A stretch of 64,000 nucleotides of DNA, taken from contig JBJCIZ010001661.1 of assembly GCA_051294375.1 (NCBI GenBank), forward strand, positions 1 to 64,000, in the 5' to 3' direction. Shown one piece after another: positions 25,645 to 37,800 of this stretch; within the stretch, counting starts at the first letter, position 1, and each line of letters begins with the position of its first letter. Under the pieces are notes generated by a model, which searched no databases, was not told where the DNA came from, and saw only the letters and a program-made list of their open reading frames with translations. The translations under genes were made by a program, and so were the position numbers. The DNA is from Paraspadella gotoi (lineage: Eukaryota > Animalia > Chaetognatha).

Positions 25645-27500
25645 TTAAGAATTAGAATCTAGAAGTCAGCCAATATTTAATCATAAAAAAGGCGATCTAT
25701 AATTTTCTTCTCGTCACTCTCTCTTTATTTTTATTTTTATTTTTTTCTTTTCTATTCTTTCTTTCCTTTCTATTCTTTCTTTCCTTTCTAATCTTTCTTT
25801 CCTTTCTATTCTTTCTTTCCTTTTTATTCTTTCTTTCTTTTCTATTCTTTGTTTCCTTTCTATTCTTTCTTTCCTTTCTATTCTTTCTTTCTTTCCTTTT
25901 TATTCTTTCTTTCCTTTATATTTTTTCTTTCCTTTCTATTCTTTCTTCCCTTTCTATTCTTTTCTTTCCTTTCTAATTTTTCTTTCCTTTCTATTCTTTT
26001 CTTTTCTTTCTATTCTTTTTTCCTTTCTATTTCCTTCTATCCTTTTTATTCCTTCTTTCCTTTTATCCTTCTTTCCTTTCTATTCTTTCTTCCTTTCTAT
26101 TCCTTCTTTCCTTTCTATTTTTTCTTTCCTTTCTATTTTTTCCTTTCTATTCTTTCTTTTCTTTCTATTTTTTCTTTCCTTTCTATTGTCTTTTCTTTCT
26201 ATTTTCTTTCCTTTCTATTCTTTTTTTCCTTTCTATTCTTTTTTCCTTTCTATTCTATCTTTTCCTCTATTTCTTTTTTCTTTCTATTCTATCTTTCCTT
26301 TCTATTCTTTCCTTTCTATTCTTCTTCCTTTCTATTCTTTCCTTCCTTTCTATTCTTTCCTTTCTATTCTTTCTTTCCTTTCTATTCTTTCTTTCCTTTC
26401 TATTCTTTCTTTCCTTTCTTTCTTTCCTTTCTCTATTCTTTCTTCCCTTTCTATTCTTTCTTTCCTTCTAATTTTCTTTCCTTTCTATTCTTTCTTCTTT
26501 TCTATTCTTTTTTCCTTTCTATTCCTTCTTTCCTTTTTATTAATTCTTTCCTTTTTATTCCTTCTTTCCTTTTTATTCCTTCTTTCCTTTCTATTCTTTC
26601 TTTCCTTTCTATTCCTTCTTTCCTTTCTATTTTTCTTTCCTTTCTATTTTTTTCCTTAAGAATTAGAATCTAGAAGTCAGCCAATATTTAATCATAAAAA
26701 AGGCGATCTATAATTTTCTTCTCGTCACTCTCTCTTTATTTTTATTTTTATTTTTTTCTTTTCTATTCTTTCTTTCCTTTCTATTCTTTCTTTCCTTTCT
26801 AATCTTTCTTTCCTTTCTATTCTTTCTTTCCCTTTATTTCTTTCTTCTTTTCTTTTTTTGTTCCTTTCTATTCTTTCTTTCCTTTCTATTCTTTCTTTCT
26901 TTCCTTTTTATTCTTTCTTTCCTTTATATTTTTTCTTCCTTTCTATTCTTTCTTCCCTTTCTATTCTTTCTTTCCTTTCTAATTTTTCTTTCCTTTCTAT
27001 TCTTTTCTTTTCTATTCTTTTTTTCTTTCTATTCCTTCTTTCCTTTTTATTAATTCTTTCCTTTTTATTCCTTCTTTCCTTTTTATTCCTTCTTTCCTTT
27101 CTATTCTTTCTTTCCTTTCTATTCCTTCTTTCCTTTCTATTTTTCTTTCCTTTCTATTTTTTTCCTTTCTTCTTCTTTCCTTTCTATTTTTTCTTTCCTT
27201 TCTATTTTGTCTTTTCTTTCTATTTTTTCTTTCCTTTCTATTCTTTTTTTCCTTTCTATTCTTTTTCCTTTCTATTCTATCTTTCCTTTCTATTCTTTTT
27301 TCCTTTCTATTCTATCTTTCCTTTCTATTCTTTCCTTTCTATTCTTTCCTTCCTTTCTTTCTTTCCTTCCTTCTATTCTTCCTTTCTATTCTTTTCTTTC
27401 CTTTCTATTTCTTTCTTTCCTTTCTATTCTTTCTTTCCTTTCTATTCTTTCTTTCCTTTCTATTCTTTTTTATATTTATTCTTTTCTTCTTTTACTTTGT
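25645..27500. repeat. Polypyrimidine minisatellite (~18-bp TTCTTTCTTTCCTTTCTA) in a 1011-bp tandem duplication
   Basis: The same unique leader TTAAGAATTAGAATCTAGAAGTCAGCC... occurs at 25645 and 26656, each followed by the C/T-rich array. Confidence 0.95.
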
Positions 27501-27574
27501 TTATAAATTAATTTTTTTTTCTCAAATTTGATTTTTTTTTAGAATCAAAATTTGGTCGTCAATCCAGATTTTTC

Positions 27575-27927
27575 TCATGCAATTGCGACGATCCTATTGC
27601 TTTTAAGATTTTTTATTTAAACTCATTTCCACTCGTACGATTCCACCGAAACTTTGTATAAAGTTTCATCACACACTTTCCTACCCACACACAAAATTTC
27701 AACTCAAAATATCCATCCAATTATGATTAAATAGAGTATTTATTGGTTAAAATAAGTAAAAATATTTTAGTAAATGCAACTTATGTTTTTTCCATTTAAA
27801 CTCATTTCCACTCACACGATTCCATCGGAACTTTATATCCAGCTTCATCTCACACTGTCCTACCCACACACAAAATTTCATTCCAATCCAACCAGCCAAT
27901 CACGAGTTATTGGAGCTTTTTGCTAAG
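27575..27927 (-). mobile_element. Internal body segment of the HINE-like Helentron family (minus strand)
   Basis: Reverse complement of 33280-33600 and 33800-33836: CTTAGCAAAAAGCTCCAATAACTCGTGATTGGCTGG, two core subrepeats and GGATCGTCGCAATTGCA. Confidence 0.85.
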
Positions 27928-27974
27928 ATTGCACATCACTATAACAATTCTATAACATTTCTATAGTTTTATTT

Positions 27975-30900
27975 TAACAGATTTATGCAGGAATAGGATT
28001 GTACCACAAAAATTTAGTGTTTTGTAAAGATTGTTTTTATTTTTAATCGTGTGCATACCTGTGTGAATATAATATGGATATTTTACAAACATCCTATTAA
28101 ATCATTTATAAAGTTTAAAAGAAGATAATTTCAAATCAAAATTAAAATTCTTCTTGAATAAAGACTTAAAAAATTTAAAACTGCACTAAATTAAATATTT
28201 TTGATGCTATTTTAAAATTTTAAATTGCGCTATTTTTATTCCTGTGCACATGTGTGCAAATATATTTTTCCCTTTTTGTACAGGATTTCACAAAAGGACA
28301 AACAAATGATTTTTTGCACAGGATTACAAAGTACTACAACAACTCGTTATTTCTACTCTATTATTTTCACAGATTTGAACAGGAATAAGATTGTGCCATA
28401 AAAAATAAAAAATTTCTACAGATTCCTTTTATTTTCAATCCTATTCAAGCCTATGGAAATATAATATGTATCTTTAACATATATTCTATTTAATCTTTTA
28501 TACCGTTCCCAAGAAAAACTGTTTCGCCCTAAATAAAAATAAAAATACTTCATGAAAAAACCCCTAAAATAGTTAAATTGCAATAAAGTAAATCATTTTT
28601 GCACGCTAATTTTATTCCTGTGCAAATCGGTAAAATGTTTCAAATATTTTAAATTGCGCTATTTTTATTCCTGTGCAAATCGGTGCTAATTAATTTTTTC
28701 ACTTTTGCACAGGATTGCACAGAGAGACAAACAAATTATTTTTAGCAGCGGATTACATAGCATTATAACAAATCGTTATTTCTGATCTTTTATTTGCACA
28801 GATTTGCACAGGAATGGGATTGAGCCATAAAATTTAAATCCTGTGAAAACTTGTGAAAATATGATATGTATCTTTCACATAAATCCCATTCAATGTTTTA
28901 TAAAGTTAAAAAAAAATATTTTGTCGCAAATTAAAATAAGATATCTTCATGTAAAAAAGACCTAAAAAGTTAATTCCGATGCAAATATTTCAAAATATTT
29001 CAAAATATTTCAAAATATTTCAAAAAACTTAAGTTTGCTATTTTTATTCCTGTACAAATCTGTGCAAATTTATTTTTTCAGAGAGAAAATCGGTAAAAGG
29101 TTTCAAAAATTATAATTGCGCTATTTTTTTTCCTGTGCAAATCTGTGCAAATAGATTTTTTTTGCACAGGATTGCAAAGAAAGACAAACAAATTGTTTTT
29201 TGCACAGCATTACAACAAATTGTTATTCCTCGTTTTTTTATATGCTAAATCAAAAATAATTATTTTTTTTCTGTGCAAATTGGTAAAGGTTTAAAAAATT
29301 ATAATTGCGCTATTTTTATTCCTGTGCATATCTGTGCAAATTGATTTTTTTATTTTGCATAGGATTGCACAGAAAGACAAACAAATTGTTTGAAAAAGGA
29401 TTGCACAGCATTACAACAAATCGCTAATTCTATTTTCAGATTTGCACAGGAATATAGTTGTGCTATAAAAATTTTAAGTTTTGCACAGATTATTTTCTTT
29501 TTAATCCTGTGTAAACCTTTGCAAGTATAATATGTATCTTTTACATATATCCTATTCAATATTTTATAAAGTTAAAATTAAAATTAATTAAATTAAAAAT
29601 CCTTCATGAAAAATTACCCTAAATTTCACTAAAGACTAATAATGCAAATCTGTGCAAATTTAATTTTTCAAAGAGACAAACAAATGGTTTTTTTGCACCG
29701 GATTGCACAGTATTATAACAAATCGTTATTATTACCCTTTTATTTGCATAAGTTTGCACATGAATAGGATTGTGCAATAACAATTTAAAATTTTGCAAAG
29801 ATTCTTTACAATTTTAATCCTAAGCAAACCTGTGCAAATATAATATGTATCTTTTACCTATGTCGCATTCAATCTTTTAAAAATTCATAGAAAAAATTGT
29901 TTTGCCCAAAATATAAAAATCCTTTAAGAAAAAAAGACTTATAAAAGTTAAAACTGCACTAAAATAAATATTTTTTATGCTATTTTTATTCCTGTGCAAT
30001 AAGGCGTAGTGAAAGTTACGTATGGAAATTCTAAAGGTCAATTATGAACAACATACCATCAGTGAACATTAATTTGTAAAAAAAATTAATTTTACGTTTT
30101 TTAATTTTCGCAGTAGGCTATATTTATATATAGTACTATCCTTATAAAATCGAAAAATTTCAAAATAGGCTTTTCTTAATTTTGATTGCAGATTTGAATT
30201 CCTCGTCAAAAGTTGATAAAAGAAAATATAAATTATTTTTAAAAATTCTTTCATTAAGTGGGTTAAAACTTAAAAAAACTATATTTAATATATAAAAAGT
30301 TAATTTTCAGCTTAAAATATAACTTTTTTTAATTTTTGACCCACTTAATGAAAGAATTTTTTAAAAAGAGTTATATTTCTTTCTATCAACTTTTTATGAC
30401 GAATCCAAATCTGCAAAAAAATCTTAGAAAAAACTGTTTTGAAATTTTAACATTTATTGCATTAGTACTAGTATAAATATGGCCTACTGCGTAAATTATA
30501 AAATTTATTATAAATTTTTTTTATACATAAATGTTCATTAGTATAATGTTGTTCGTTCCTTACTTTTAGAATTTTAATTAAAGTTAAATTTAGAAATTTT
30601 ACTACGCCTTACTGTGCAAATCGATAAAAGGTTTCAAAAATGTAATTACTATTTTTTTTTTATTCTTGTACAAATCTGTGCTAATTAATTTTTGTTATTT
30701 TGCACAGGATTGCAAAGAAGGACAAACAAATTATTTTATGCACAGGATTATACAGCATTACAAAAAAATATTATTTTTCTTTTTTTATGCTAAGTAAAAA
30801 TTTAAATTTATATTAAAAATTTAATGTGCAAATCGGAAAAAGGTTTCAAAATTATAATTGCACTATTTTTTTTCCTGTACAAATCTGTGCAAATTGATTT

Positions 30901-31866
30901 TTTTATTTTGCACAGGATTGTACAGAAAGACAAACAAATTGTTTGCACAGGATTGTGCAGCATTAAAACAAATCGTTAATTCTATTTTTTTATTTGCACC
31001 GATTTGCACAGGAATGTAATTTAGGCCATAAAAATGTTAATTTGTTTGCACAAGATTGCACAACATTACAACACTACTTTTTTATTTGCACAGATTTGTA
31101 CAAGAATAGAATTGTGCCATAAAAATTTAAAGTTTTGCTCAGATTCTTTTCATTTTTAATCCTGTGCAAACCTTTGCAAATATAATAAGTATTTTTACAT
31201 ATATCCTACTCAATCTTTTATAAAGTAATAAAAAATTGTTTAGCCCCTAATCAAAATAAAAATCCTTTATCCTCCTGTGCAAATCTGTAAAAATTGTTTT
31301 TTTTATTTTTACGCTAAATCGAAAAAAATAATTTTTTTACTGTGCAAATCAATAAAAAGTTTAAAAAATTAAAATTGCGCTATTTTTATTCCTATGTAAG
31401 TCTTTGCAAATTATTTTTTTTATTTTGTATAGGATGGCCCAGAAAGACAAACAAATTGTTTTTTGCACAGGACTGCACAGCATTACAACAAATTGTACTT
31501 TTTTATGCTAAATCAAAAGGTTTCAAAAATTATAATTGCGCTATTCTTATTCCTGTGCAAATCGGTGCAAATTAATATTTTTTGCACAGGATTACAGAGC
31601 ATTACTACAAATCGTTTTTTTTACTATTTTATTTGTACAGATTTGCACAGGAATAGGATTGTGCCATAAAAATTTTAAGTTTTGCACTGATTATTTTCAT
31701 TTTACCTGTGCAAACCTTTGCAAATATAATATCTATCATTTACATATATTCTATTCAATATTCTATGAAGTTAAAAAAAATGTTTTGCCCCTAATCAAAA
31801 TAAAAATTCTTCTTGAAAAAAAGCCCTGCAAAGTTAAAAATGGTACTAAATACTAATATTGCATTA
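27975..31866. repeat. TGCACA-core repeat, block 2 (opposite orientation to 1-12 kb)
   Basis: Same modules reverse-complemented; 28000-29200 mirrors about 4400-5900. Confidence 0.93.
30000..30611. mobile_element. Fold-back MITE, hAT-like, copy 3 (most complete, 612 bp)
   Basis: TIRs TAAGGCGTAGTGAAA ... TTTTACTACGCCTTA. TSD CTGTGCAA at 29992-29999 and 30612-30619. The empty site matches the reverse complement of 2851-2880. Confidence 0.92.
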
Positions 31867-32612
31867 TTTTTAGTCGTATCTGCTTATCAGCAGATCCCGA
31901 CTCTATAACTCACTTTTTCGGTCCGTCGGTCCGCCCCCTCAATATTGTCGGGTACACACTTAAATCATGTCAGAACATCGAATTATGATAAATTATGCAA
32001 AAAAAATGATGTCCGTCCGTCCGTCCGTCTGTCTGTCCGACCGTCCGTCCGTCCGTCCGTCCGTCCGTCCGTCCGTCGTCGTCCTTGTCCGTCCGTCGCC
32101 ACCTTAGCAAAAAACTCCAATTACCCGTGATTGGATGGATGGATTGGTATGAAATTTTGTGTGTGGGTAGGAAACTGTGTGATTGAGATGGATATGAAGT
32201 TTCGAGGGAATCGTGCGAGTGGAAATTGGTTTAAATGGAAAAAACAAAAAAATTTATTTCACTATTTGAACGCCAATTGCTCATGAGTGGATAGTGCAAT
32301 TGACTTGAAATTTTGTATGATGGTAGGAAAGTGTGTGATTGAGCCGGATATAAAGTTTCGATGGAATCGTGCGAGTGGAAATGAGTTAAAATGGAAAAAA
32401 CAAAAGTCATATTTACTTGAAGTATTTTTACTTAAATTTACTCATAATTATTTTGTTTATTAAAAATTGGATAGATAAATCGAAATTGAATTTTGTGTGT
32501 GGGTAGGAAAGTATGTGATAAAGCTGGATAAAAATTTTTTGATGGAATCGTAGGAGTGGAAAAGAGTTCAAATTAGAAAACCAAAAGACACATTTATTTG
32601 AATTTTTTAAAG

Positions 32613-32630
32613 TTTCTCTCTCTCTCTCTC

Positions 32631-32693
<63 letters not shown>

Positions 32694-32986
32694 CCAAATT
32701 ATGCTAATTGACCAAATTATGCCAGTTGACCAAATTCTGCAAGTTAATCAAGTTTTGCAAGTTGACCAAATTATGCCTGTTGACCAAATTAGGCTAGTTG
32801 ATAAAATTATGCCAGTTAACCAAATTATGCCGGTTGACCAAATTATCTTAATTGATCAAATTATGTCAGTTGACCAAATTATGTCAGTTGACCAAATTAT
32901 GTCAGTAGACCAAATTATGTCAGTTAACCAAATTATGTCAGTTGACCAAATTATGCAAGTTGATTAAATTATGCAAGTTGACCAAG
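32613..32986. repeat. (CT)n-(GATT)n microsatellites followed by an 18-bp minisatellite GTTGACCAAATTATGCCA inside Helentron copy A
   Basis: About 16 visible 18-bp units; gives the VDQIMP-repeat ORF 32686-32967. Confidence 0.95.
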
Positions 32987-33833
32987 ATAGCTTATTACCA
33001 CTTAATTATCGATTGACCTGGAATTTTGTATGTGAGTAGAAAAGTGTGTGATTGAACAGAAAACCAAGTTTCGATGGAATCTTTTGAGTGGAAATGAGTT
33101 TAAATGGAAAAAAACAAAAAACCTGTTTCACTAATTGATTATGCTTCTTTTTCCTTTTATATTAAATGTATATGCAGGATGTATTAATAAGTCAAATAAT
33201 TAATCAGTTAATTAATCAATTAGTCAATTAATTAATCAATAATTATTTAATCAGTCAATCAATCCGTCCATCCGTCCCACCTTAGCAAAAAGCTCCAATA
33301 ACTCGTGATTGGCTGGTTGGATTGAAATGAAATTTTGTGTGTGGGTAGGAAAGTGTGTGATAAAGCTGGATATAAAGTTTCGACGGAATCGTGTGAGTGG
33401 AAATGAGTTTAAGTGGAAAAAACATAAGTCGCATTTACTAAAATCTTTTTACTTATTTTAACCAATAAGTACTCTAATTAATCATAATTGGATGGATAGA
33501 TTGAGTTCAAATTTTTTGTGTGGGTAGAAAAATGTGTATCGATGCTTGATATAAAGTTTCGGTGGAAACGTACGAGTGGAAATGAGTTTAAATGAAAAAA
33601 ATATGAGTCACATTTACTTGAATCTTTTTACTTTTACTTTTAACCCATAATAGATTGAGATGAAATTTTGTGAGCGGGTAGGAAAGTGTGTGAAAAAGCT
33701 AGATATAAAGTTTTGACGGAATTGTGCCAGTGGAAATGAGTTTAAATGGAAAAAACCTAAGTCACATTTACTTGAAGCAGAAAAAATGATACAAGTTAAA
33801 AAAAATCCTAAAAGCATAAGGATCGTCGCAATT

Positions 33834-33837
<4 letters not shown>

Positions 33838-33898
<61 letters not shown>

Positions 33899-33928
33899 AG
33901 TAAAATGAGCATAAGGATCATCGCAATT

Positions 33929-33995
<67 letters not shown>

Positions 33996-34010
33996 TAGAA
34001 AGAGAGAGAG
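33838..34010. repeat. (GA)n microsatellites inside Helentron copy A
   Basis: Two pure GA runs, with a third at 34522-34593. Confidence 0.95.
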
Positions 34011-34514
34011 TCCGAGATAAAAATTAGCGAATAAAAAAGTTGTTATTTTACTCACTGAATAAAAATACTTAAAATACTTACAAAATACATAAAATTGATA
34101 AATTATTATTCCGATAACATTGTTTAATCACATGCAATATATCTAGTAAGGCCTAATATCTAGTAAGGCGGGCCAAAATTGAACACTTTTATAAACTTCT
34201 AGTTCTCTTTAAATTTTTTTTTCCTTTTACTACTAAATCGATTTTCAATATAACTTTTTGAATTAGTTCATTGGGTTGTTGCACTGAAGCTTTTAAATAT
34301 TTATTAATATATATAATATGTAAAGTATTGACGGAATTGTGCCAGGGGAAATGAGTTTAGATGGAAAAAACATAAGTCACATTTACTTGAATCTTTAATA
34401 TTAATGATTACTAATAAATGTTTTATTAATTAATGAATTAATTAATTAATTAATGTGAAAAAATGATGCAAGTTAAAAAAAATCTGAAAAGCATAAAGAT
34501 AGTCGCAATTGCAG

Positions 34515-34576
<62 letters not shown>

Positions 34577-34830
34577 GTGAGAGAGAGAGAGAGAAGGAGA
34601 CATAAAATAAAATAGAGGATATTTGTTTGTTTTGATAAAATGTAAACAAAACATATTTAATAACTGTCCTAACCCAATTTTAAGGACATCGATGATGATA
34701 AGTTGAATATAAATTTAAAATTAATTATTACATATTAAAATTAATTATTTACTTAATTAATTAATTAATCGATAATTAATTAATTAATTAATTATCGTAG
34801 GCAGATCCGACATTGTTTGCTCAAACTTGT

Positions 34831-37800
34831 TTATTCCTGTACAAATCTGTACAAATTGATTTTTTTATTTTGCACAAGATTGCAAAGAAAGACAAACAAA
34901 TTGTACTTTGCACAGGATTGCACAGCATTTAAAAAGTTGTTAATTCTCATTTTTTTTACGACAAATCAAAAAAAAAATGTTTTCTACTGTGCAAATCGGT
35001 AAAAGGTTTTAAAAATTAGAATTTTTTTATTTTTCTTCCTGTGCAAATCTGTGCAAATTGATTTTTTTTGCACAGGATTGCACAGAAAGACAAAGAATTG
35101 TTTGCACAGGATTTCACAGCATTACAGCAAATCATTAATTCTATTTTTTTTTCAGAGATTTGCACAGGAAAAAAATTTGTGCCATAAAAATTTAAAGTTT
35201 TGCACAGATTCTTTTTATTTTTAATCCTGTGCAAACCTTTGCAAGTATAATATGTATCTTGTACATATATCCAATTCAATTTTTTTTAAGTTAAAAAAAT
35301 ATGTTCCTATTTAAAATGAAAATCCTTCATGAAAAAGGCCTTAAAAAGTTAAAACTGCACCAAATACTAACATTGCGCTATTTTTATTCCTGTGCAAATC
35401 TGTGCAAAATGATTTTTTTCAGAGAGACATGAAATTATTTTTTTGCACAGGATTGCACAGCATTCCAGCGCAAATCTATGCAAATTGGTATTTCTCATTT
35501 TTTTACGCTAAATCGAAAAAAATAATTTTTTTATTGTGCAAATCAATAAAAAGTTTAAAAAATTATAATTGTGCTATTTTTATTCCTATGCAAATCTGTG
35601 CAAATTGATTTTTAAAATTTTGTATAGGATTGCCCAAAAAGACAAATTGTTTGCACAGGATTGCACATCGTTACAACAAATCGTTAATTATATTTTTTTA
35701 TTTGCAAGGATTTGCACAAGAATAGAATAGTGCTATAAAAATTGAAAGTTTTGCCCAGATTCTTTTTTTTTGCATTTCTGTACAAATCTGTACAAAGTAA
35801 ATTTTGTATTTTGTACAGGATTGCAAATTTTTTTGCACAGGACTGCACAGCATTACAACAAATTGTTATTTCTCCTTTTTTATGCTAAATTAACCAAAAA
35901 AATTTTTTACTGTGCAAATCGGTAAAAGGTTTTAAAAATTATATTTGCGCTATTTTTATTCCTGTGCAAATCGGTGCAAATTGATATTTTTTGCACAGGA
36001 TTGCACAGCATTACTACTAATCTTTATTTTTACTATTTTATTTGTACAGATTTGCACAGGAACAGGATTGTGCCATAAAAATTTTAAGTTTTGCACTGAT
36101 TATTTTCATTTTACCTTTGCAAACCTTTGCAAATATAATATGTATCATTTACATATATTCTATTCAATCTTCTATGAAGTTAAAAAAAAGTGTTTTGCCC
36201 CTAATCAAAATAAAAGTTCTTCTTGAATAAAAGCCCTGCAAAGTGAAAAATGGCACTAAATACTAATATTGCATTATTTTTTTCCTGTGCAAATCTGTAT
36301 AAATTGATTTTTTTTATTTTGAACAAGATTGCAAAGAAAGTCAAACAAATTATACTTTGCACAGGATTGCACAGCATTCAAAAAGTTGTTAATTCTCATT
36401 TTTTTTACGACAAATCAAAAAAAAAATTTTATACTGTGCAAATCGGTAAAAGGTTTTAAAAATTAGAGTTTTTCTATTTTTCTTCCTGTGCAAATCTGTG
36501 CAAATTGATTTTTTTTGCACAGGATTGCACAGAAAGACAAAAAATTGTTTGCACAGGATTGCACAGCATTACAACAAATCATTAATTCTATTTTTTTTAT
36601 TTCAGAGATTTGCACAGGAAAATAATTTGTGCCATAAAAATTTAAAATTTTGCACAGATTCTTTTTATTTTTAATCCTGTGCAAACCTTTGCAAGAATAA
36701 TATGTATCTTTTACAAAAATCCAATTCAATTTTTTTTTAAGTTCAAAAAAAATTCGTTCCTATTTAAAATGAAAATCCTTTATGAAAAAAGCCTTAAAAA
36801 GTTAATACTGCACCAAATACTAACATTGCGCTATTTTTATTCCTGTGTAAATCTGTGCCAAATGATTTTTTCAGAAAGACAAATAAATTATTTTTTTGCA
36901 CAGGATTGCACAGCATTCCTGTGCAAATCTAGGCAAATTGTTATTTCTCATTTTTTTATGCTGAATCGAAAAAAGAATTTTTTACTGTGCAAATCAATAA
37001 AAAGTTAAAAAATATATAATTGCGCTATTTTTATTCCTATACAAATCTGTGCAAATAGATTTTTTTCTTTGGTATAGGATTGCCCAGAAAGACAAACAAA
37101 TTGTTTGCACAGGATTGCACATCATTACAACAAATCGTTATTTCTCCTAAAAATAGCACTAAATACTAATATTGCATTATTTTTATTCCTGTTCAAATCT
37201 GTACAAATTATTTTTCTTTATTATGCACAGGATTGCAAAGAAAGACAAACAGATTGTTCTTTGCACAGGATTGCACAGCATTTAAAAAACTGTTATTTCT
37301 CTTTTTTTTCACGACAAATCAAAAAATATATTTTTTTACTGTGAAAATCGATAAAAGGTTTTAAAAATTAGAATTTTTCTATTTTTCTTTTTGTACAAAT
37401 CTGTAAAAATTGACAAAAAATCTGACAAAAAATTATTGGCACAGGATTGCACAGCATTACAACAAATCATTAATTCTATTTTTTTATTGCACAGATTTGC
37501 ACAGGAAAATAATTTGTGCCATAAAAAAGTTTTGCACAGATTTTTTTTTCAATCCTGTACAAACCTTTGCAAGTATAATATATATATTTTATATATATCC
37601 AATTAAATTTTTTTAAAGTTAAAAAACGAATTTTTGCCCCTACTTAAAATGAAAATCATTCAAGAAAAAAGCCCTAAAGAGTTAAAACTGCACTAAATAC
37701 TATACTAACATTGAGCTATTTTTATTCCTGTGCAAATCTGTGCAAAATGATTTTTTTCAGAGAGACATACAAATTGTTTTTTGCACAGGATTGTACAGCA

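Larger units (their letters stand above)
31867..34830 (+). mobile_element. Intact non-autonomous Helentron (DINE-1/HINE-like), copy A
   Basis: 5' T-run plus subTIR/IR hairpin AGTCGTATCTGCT-TATC-AGCAGATCCCGACT; (GTCC/GTCT)n; ~7 internal subrepeats GAAATTTTGTGTGTGGGTAGGAAAGTGTGTGAT; 3' subTIR GCAGATCCGAC, small stem-loop GTTTG-CT-CAAAC and CTTGT end. Inserted in a T tract of host GCATTATTTTTATTCCTGT with no TSD. Confidence 0.85.

Noticed and set aside
25849-27511. 274-aa and 217-aa F/S/L-rich ORFs resembling membrane proteins
   Set aside because: A pyrimidine minisatellite lacks stop codons by composition; the same applies to the 58911-59498 and 60252-61022 ORFs.
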